Assembly: GCA_965178125.1 (NCBI GenBank)
Contig: OZ237740.1
Location: 1,240,001 to 1,304,000, forward strand
From: Bilabrum cf. latius
Lineage: Eukaryota
DNA: 64,000 bases
Direction: 5' to 3'
Part shown: positions 61,801 to 64,000 of the stretch, one piece after another
Layout: each line of letters starts with the position of its first letter
Position numbering within the stretch: the stretch's first letter is position 1
Made by a program: the position numbers and the translations under genes
The notes under the pieces: generated by a model
Told to the model about the DNA's origin: nothing
The model's database searches: none
What the model saw: only the letters and a program-made list of their open reading frames with translations

Positions 61801-63767
61801 GACCTCTCTGGCAGGCAGCCACGCAGGCCGCGCAGGAGATGGGGTCGTCCTCTCCCTACGCGCAGGCACTCAGGCTGGTGCGGCTGCGGAGGCAGGGGCT
61901 GATCGCGGCACTGCGGCTGCTTGGCGCCATTCAAACGGCCACCGCAGGCCCGGCGCCTCATGCCCTAACCTCGCGGCGCCAGTCGCCGGCGCAGCCATCC
62001 AATCGCACCCGTCCAACCGCCGTGTCAGGCACCCTACGCGCGCGGCCCATCAAGCCCATGCCCTCCAAGGTGGCAAAGCCGATCGTGCACAAGGTAGCCG
62101 CCCCTGCGACTGCGCAGCGCAAGGCTCGTCCGGCCCAGCCGGTCGCTGCCGGGAGTATCAGCAACGATCGCGATGCTGCGGATGAGCTTGCCGCGGTGGA
62201 AAGCGCGATGGTGACGCCTGTTCCTTCGCCCAACCGCCAGAACAGCTCGTCTAGCGGTCGAGCACCCGCTGTAGACTTAGCGAGCGTGGCAACGGCCAGC
62301 ATGGGAAGCGTGGGTCGCACGCCCGGGCCCGGGGGCTTCGATTCCCCTCGACGGCTCGGTCCTGCGGCAACGGGAGGGCAGGGACAGGGGCAGCCCCAGG
62401 CCCAGGCCCAGACCCAGACCCATGGCTTCGACGACGAGAGGGAGCGGGTGGGCTTCGACCCTGCCCGCGCGCAGCACCACCTAATGGGTCAGCCTCGCCC
62501 AGGTGGGGTCACCCTCGCCCACGGCATGCGGCTGGGAGGTGCCGATGAGTATCAGCGAGACGGCGGATCCATGGAGCCGGAGCTGGCTGCGGGCCAGCAG
62601 CGCGGGTCGCACCCGCACGAAGCGATGCGACGAGACGGCGGGGCCGTGTATAGCCCTGTCGGTGGATCCGCCGGATCGGACGCGGCGCCGGGTCACGGTG
62701 CGTACCCCACTAGCCTCGAGGGCGGCCCGTCAGCGGGCACTACGATCGGGCTGGGGCCCAACCTGCTGGCCGCCTTTGGGACTGCAGCGGCGGTGCCAGG
62801 GCAGGGCGAGCACGAGCGGTCCCCCGGGCGACCGATCCCGGGGTCGGGTGCGCGCGACGAGGGGCACAGGGAGTAGGCCGGGCCCTCGGAGCTGGAGCGG
62901 GAGACCTCTGCTGGTCACGTGTCCCAGGCGTCCCCCACCGGGACCGTGGACTCGCTGGGAGACCGCATCGACATATTGGCAGTGGCGCGGCAGCAGCAGC
63001 TCGAGGACGAGGGCAGGCGCGCCAGAGGCGGGAGCTACTCGGGCGGATCTGCCCTCAACCCAGATGCAGCGGCCTTTGTCGCCAGCGGAGCTGTGCCTGC
63101 GAGTGCCGTCCCGACGCTGGACGCCCCCCCTGGCCTGGTCACGGGGGCCTCGGGGGGGCTGCTGCACGGGTTCGAGGCTCCCGCGGCTGCAGAGCAGCAG
63201 GGAACAAGGGTCGGGGTTGTGGTGTCGGGCGGGACACGGCTTGATGTGGACGCGCCCAGGTTCGTGCCGAGCAGCGCCGGGGGGCAGCGTTCAAGCCCCC
63301 CGGGACCGGTCTCGAGCGGATTCGAGGCTCCGGCAGTGAGCAGCGGCGGCGGCTTGGTCGGCCTGGCGGGGCCGCCGACGAGCACAGGCATGGGCGGTCT
63401 GAGCCTGGGAGGCGTCTCTGTGGGGCTCAGTGCGGTGACCGGCGGTTCCAGTGGCATGGCGACGTCCACCACTGCATCTAGCTCGGGCATGGGCATGGGC
63501 ATTGGCTCTGGGCTGGCGTCGTTCGGTGGCCTGGGCGAGTTTGGTGCCCCCGGCGATGCGGGCCTGGGCTCGAGCATCTGGGGCTCTGGGGGGGACGAGG
63601 GGATGATTGGCTTTGGCGGCATGGGGGACCACATGCAGCTGAGAGCTGGCGTCCGCGGTGAGGAGCAGCAGGGCACAGGGGGGGAGAGTGGCTCTGAAGA
63701 CCGGGGCAGCACGGACGGGGACGGAGAAGGAATCGCGACCGACGCAGTGTCATCGCTGTTCCAGTGA
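55854..63767 (+). CDS. Large (about 2450 aa) membrane protein with long disordered C-terminus and two PAM2-like motifs (putative introns 56096-56514 and 57167-57293)
   Basis: Exon 1 ends CG|GTAAGT and joins ccgCAG|T in phase. A second intron GTGAGG...tcgCAG switches to the frame of ORFs 57258..58115, 58146..58334, 58344..60569, 60570..62876 and 62919..63767, which are joined by TAG. Stop is TGA 63765-63767. Hydrophobic segments near the N-terminus and at about 60570-60720. SALNPDAAAFVAS (about 63048) and LDVDAPRFVPS (about 63240). Confidence 0.68.
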
Positions 63768-64000
63768 GGAGCATAGATGGCTTGCGCTGCCAACTTTGAA
63801 TGATCCATAGCACAGCTACAAGTGAGTTTAAGCGGCACTACACTTTCTGTACCATGTGAGCGGTGCCATAACGTCGATACTTGGCCAAACTACGGGTAAG
63901 CCGGGGTGCTCTGCCCTCCTGCGTGGCGAGGATCACATTGTGATCATAACTTTGATGAAAAATGCACGCCACTCGCTCCGACCCAGCCCGGCTCACTTTA

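Noticed and set aside
1-63767. Mass pseudogenisation or RIP-like CpA>TpA hypermutation as the cause of the in-frame stops
   Set aside because: That would also create TAA (from CAA), TGA and frameshifts, and would erode motifs. Only TAG occurs and catalytic motifs are intact in ordinary housekeeping-type genes.

Overview
Gene-dense, GC-rich, intron-poor eukaryotic nuclear DNA, most likely from a protist. It has GT-AG spliceosomal introns, a HECT E3 ligase, an ER-retained SUMF2-like protein and a non-LTR retrotransposon. A stramenopile/bicosoecid origin is only a guess from sequence style. The main result is a non-standard nuclear genetic code: TAG is a sense codon for glutamine, while TGA and TAA remain stops (equivalent to NCBI table 15). 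The fragmented ORF track collapses into about 12 long genes once TAG is read through. TAG sits on conserved Gln positions in RidA (E-Q-A-x-Q-AL), SUMF2 (WR-Q-PAGPGS, FPx-Q-N) and reverse transcriptase (Q-x-GFR, P-Q-G). Every gene model ends in TGA (10) or TAA (2). In order, the window holds: a 5'-truncated >5300-aa HUWE1/Tom1-type HECT ligase, RidA, a SUMF2-like gene, two large low-complexity repeat proteins, a membrane protein, two tandem ankyrin-repeat paralogs, an intact single-ORF APE+RT non-LTR retrotransposon that also uses TAG=Gln, an NRF-6/acyltransferase-3 protein, a low-complexity protein, and a large membrane protein with PAM2-like motifs. I recognised no rRNA, tRNA or CRISPR array.
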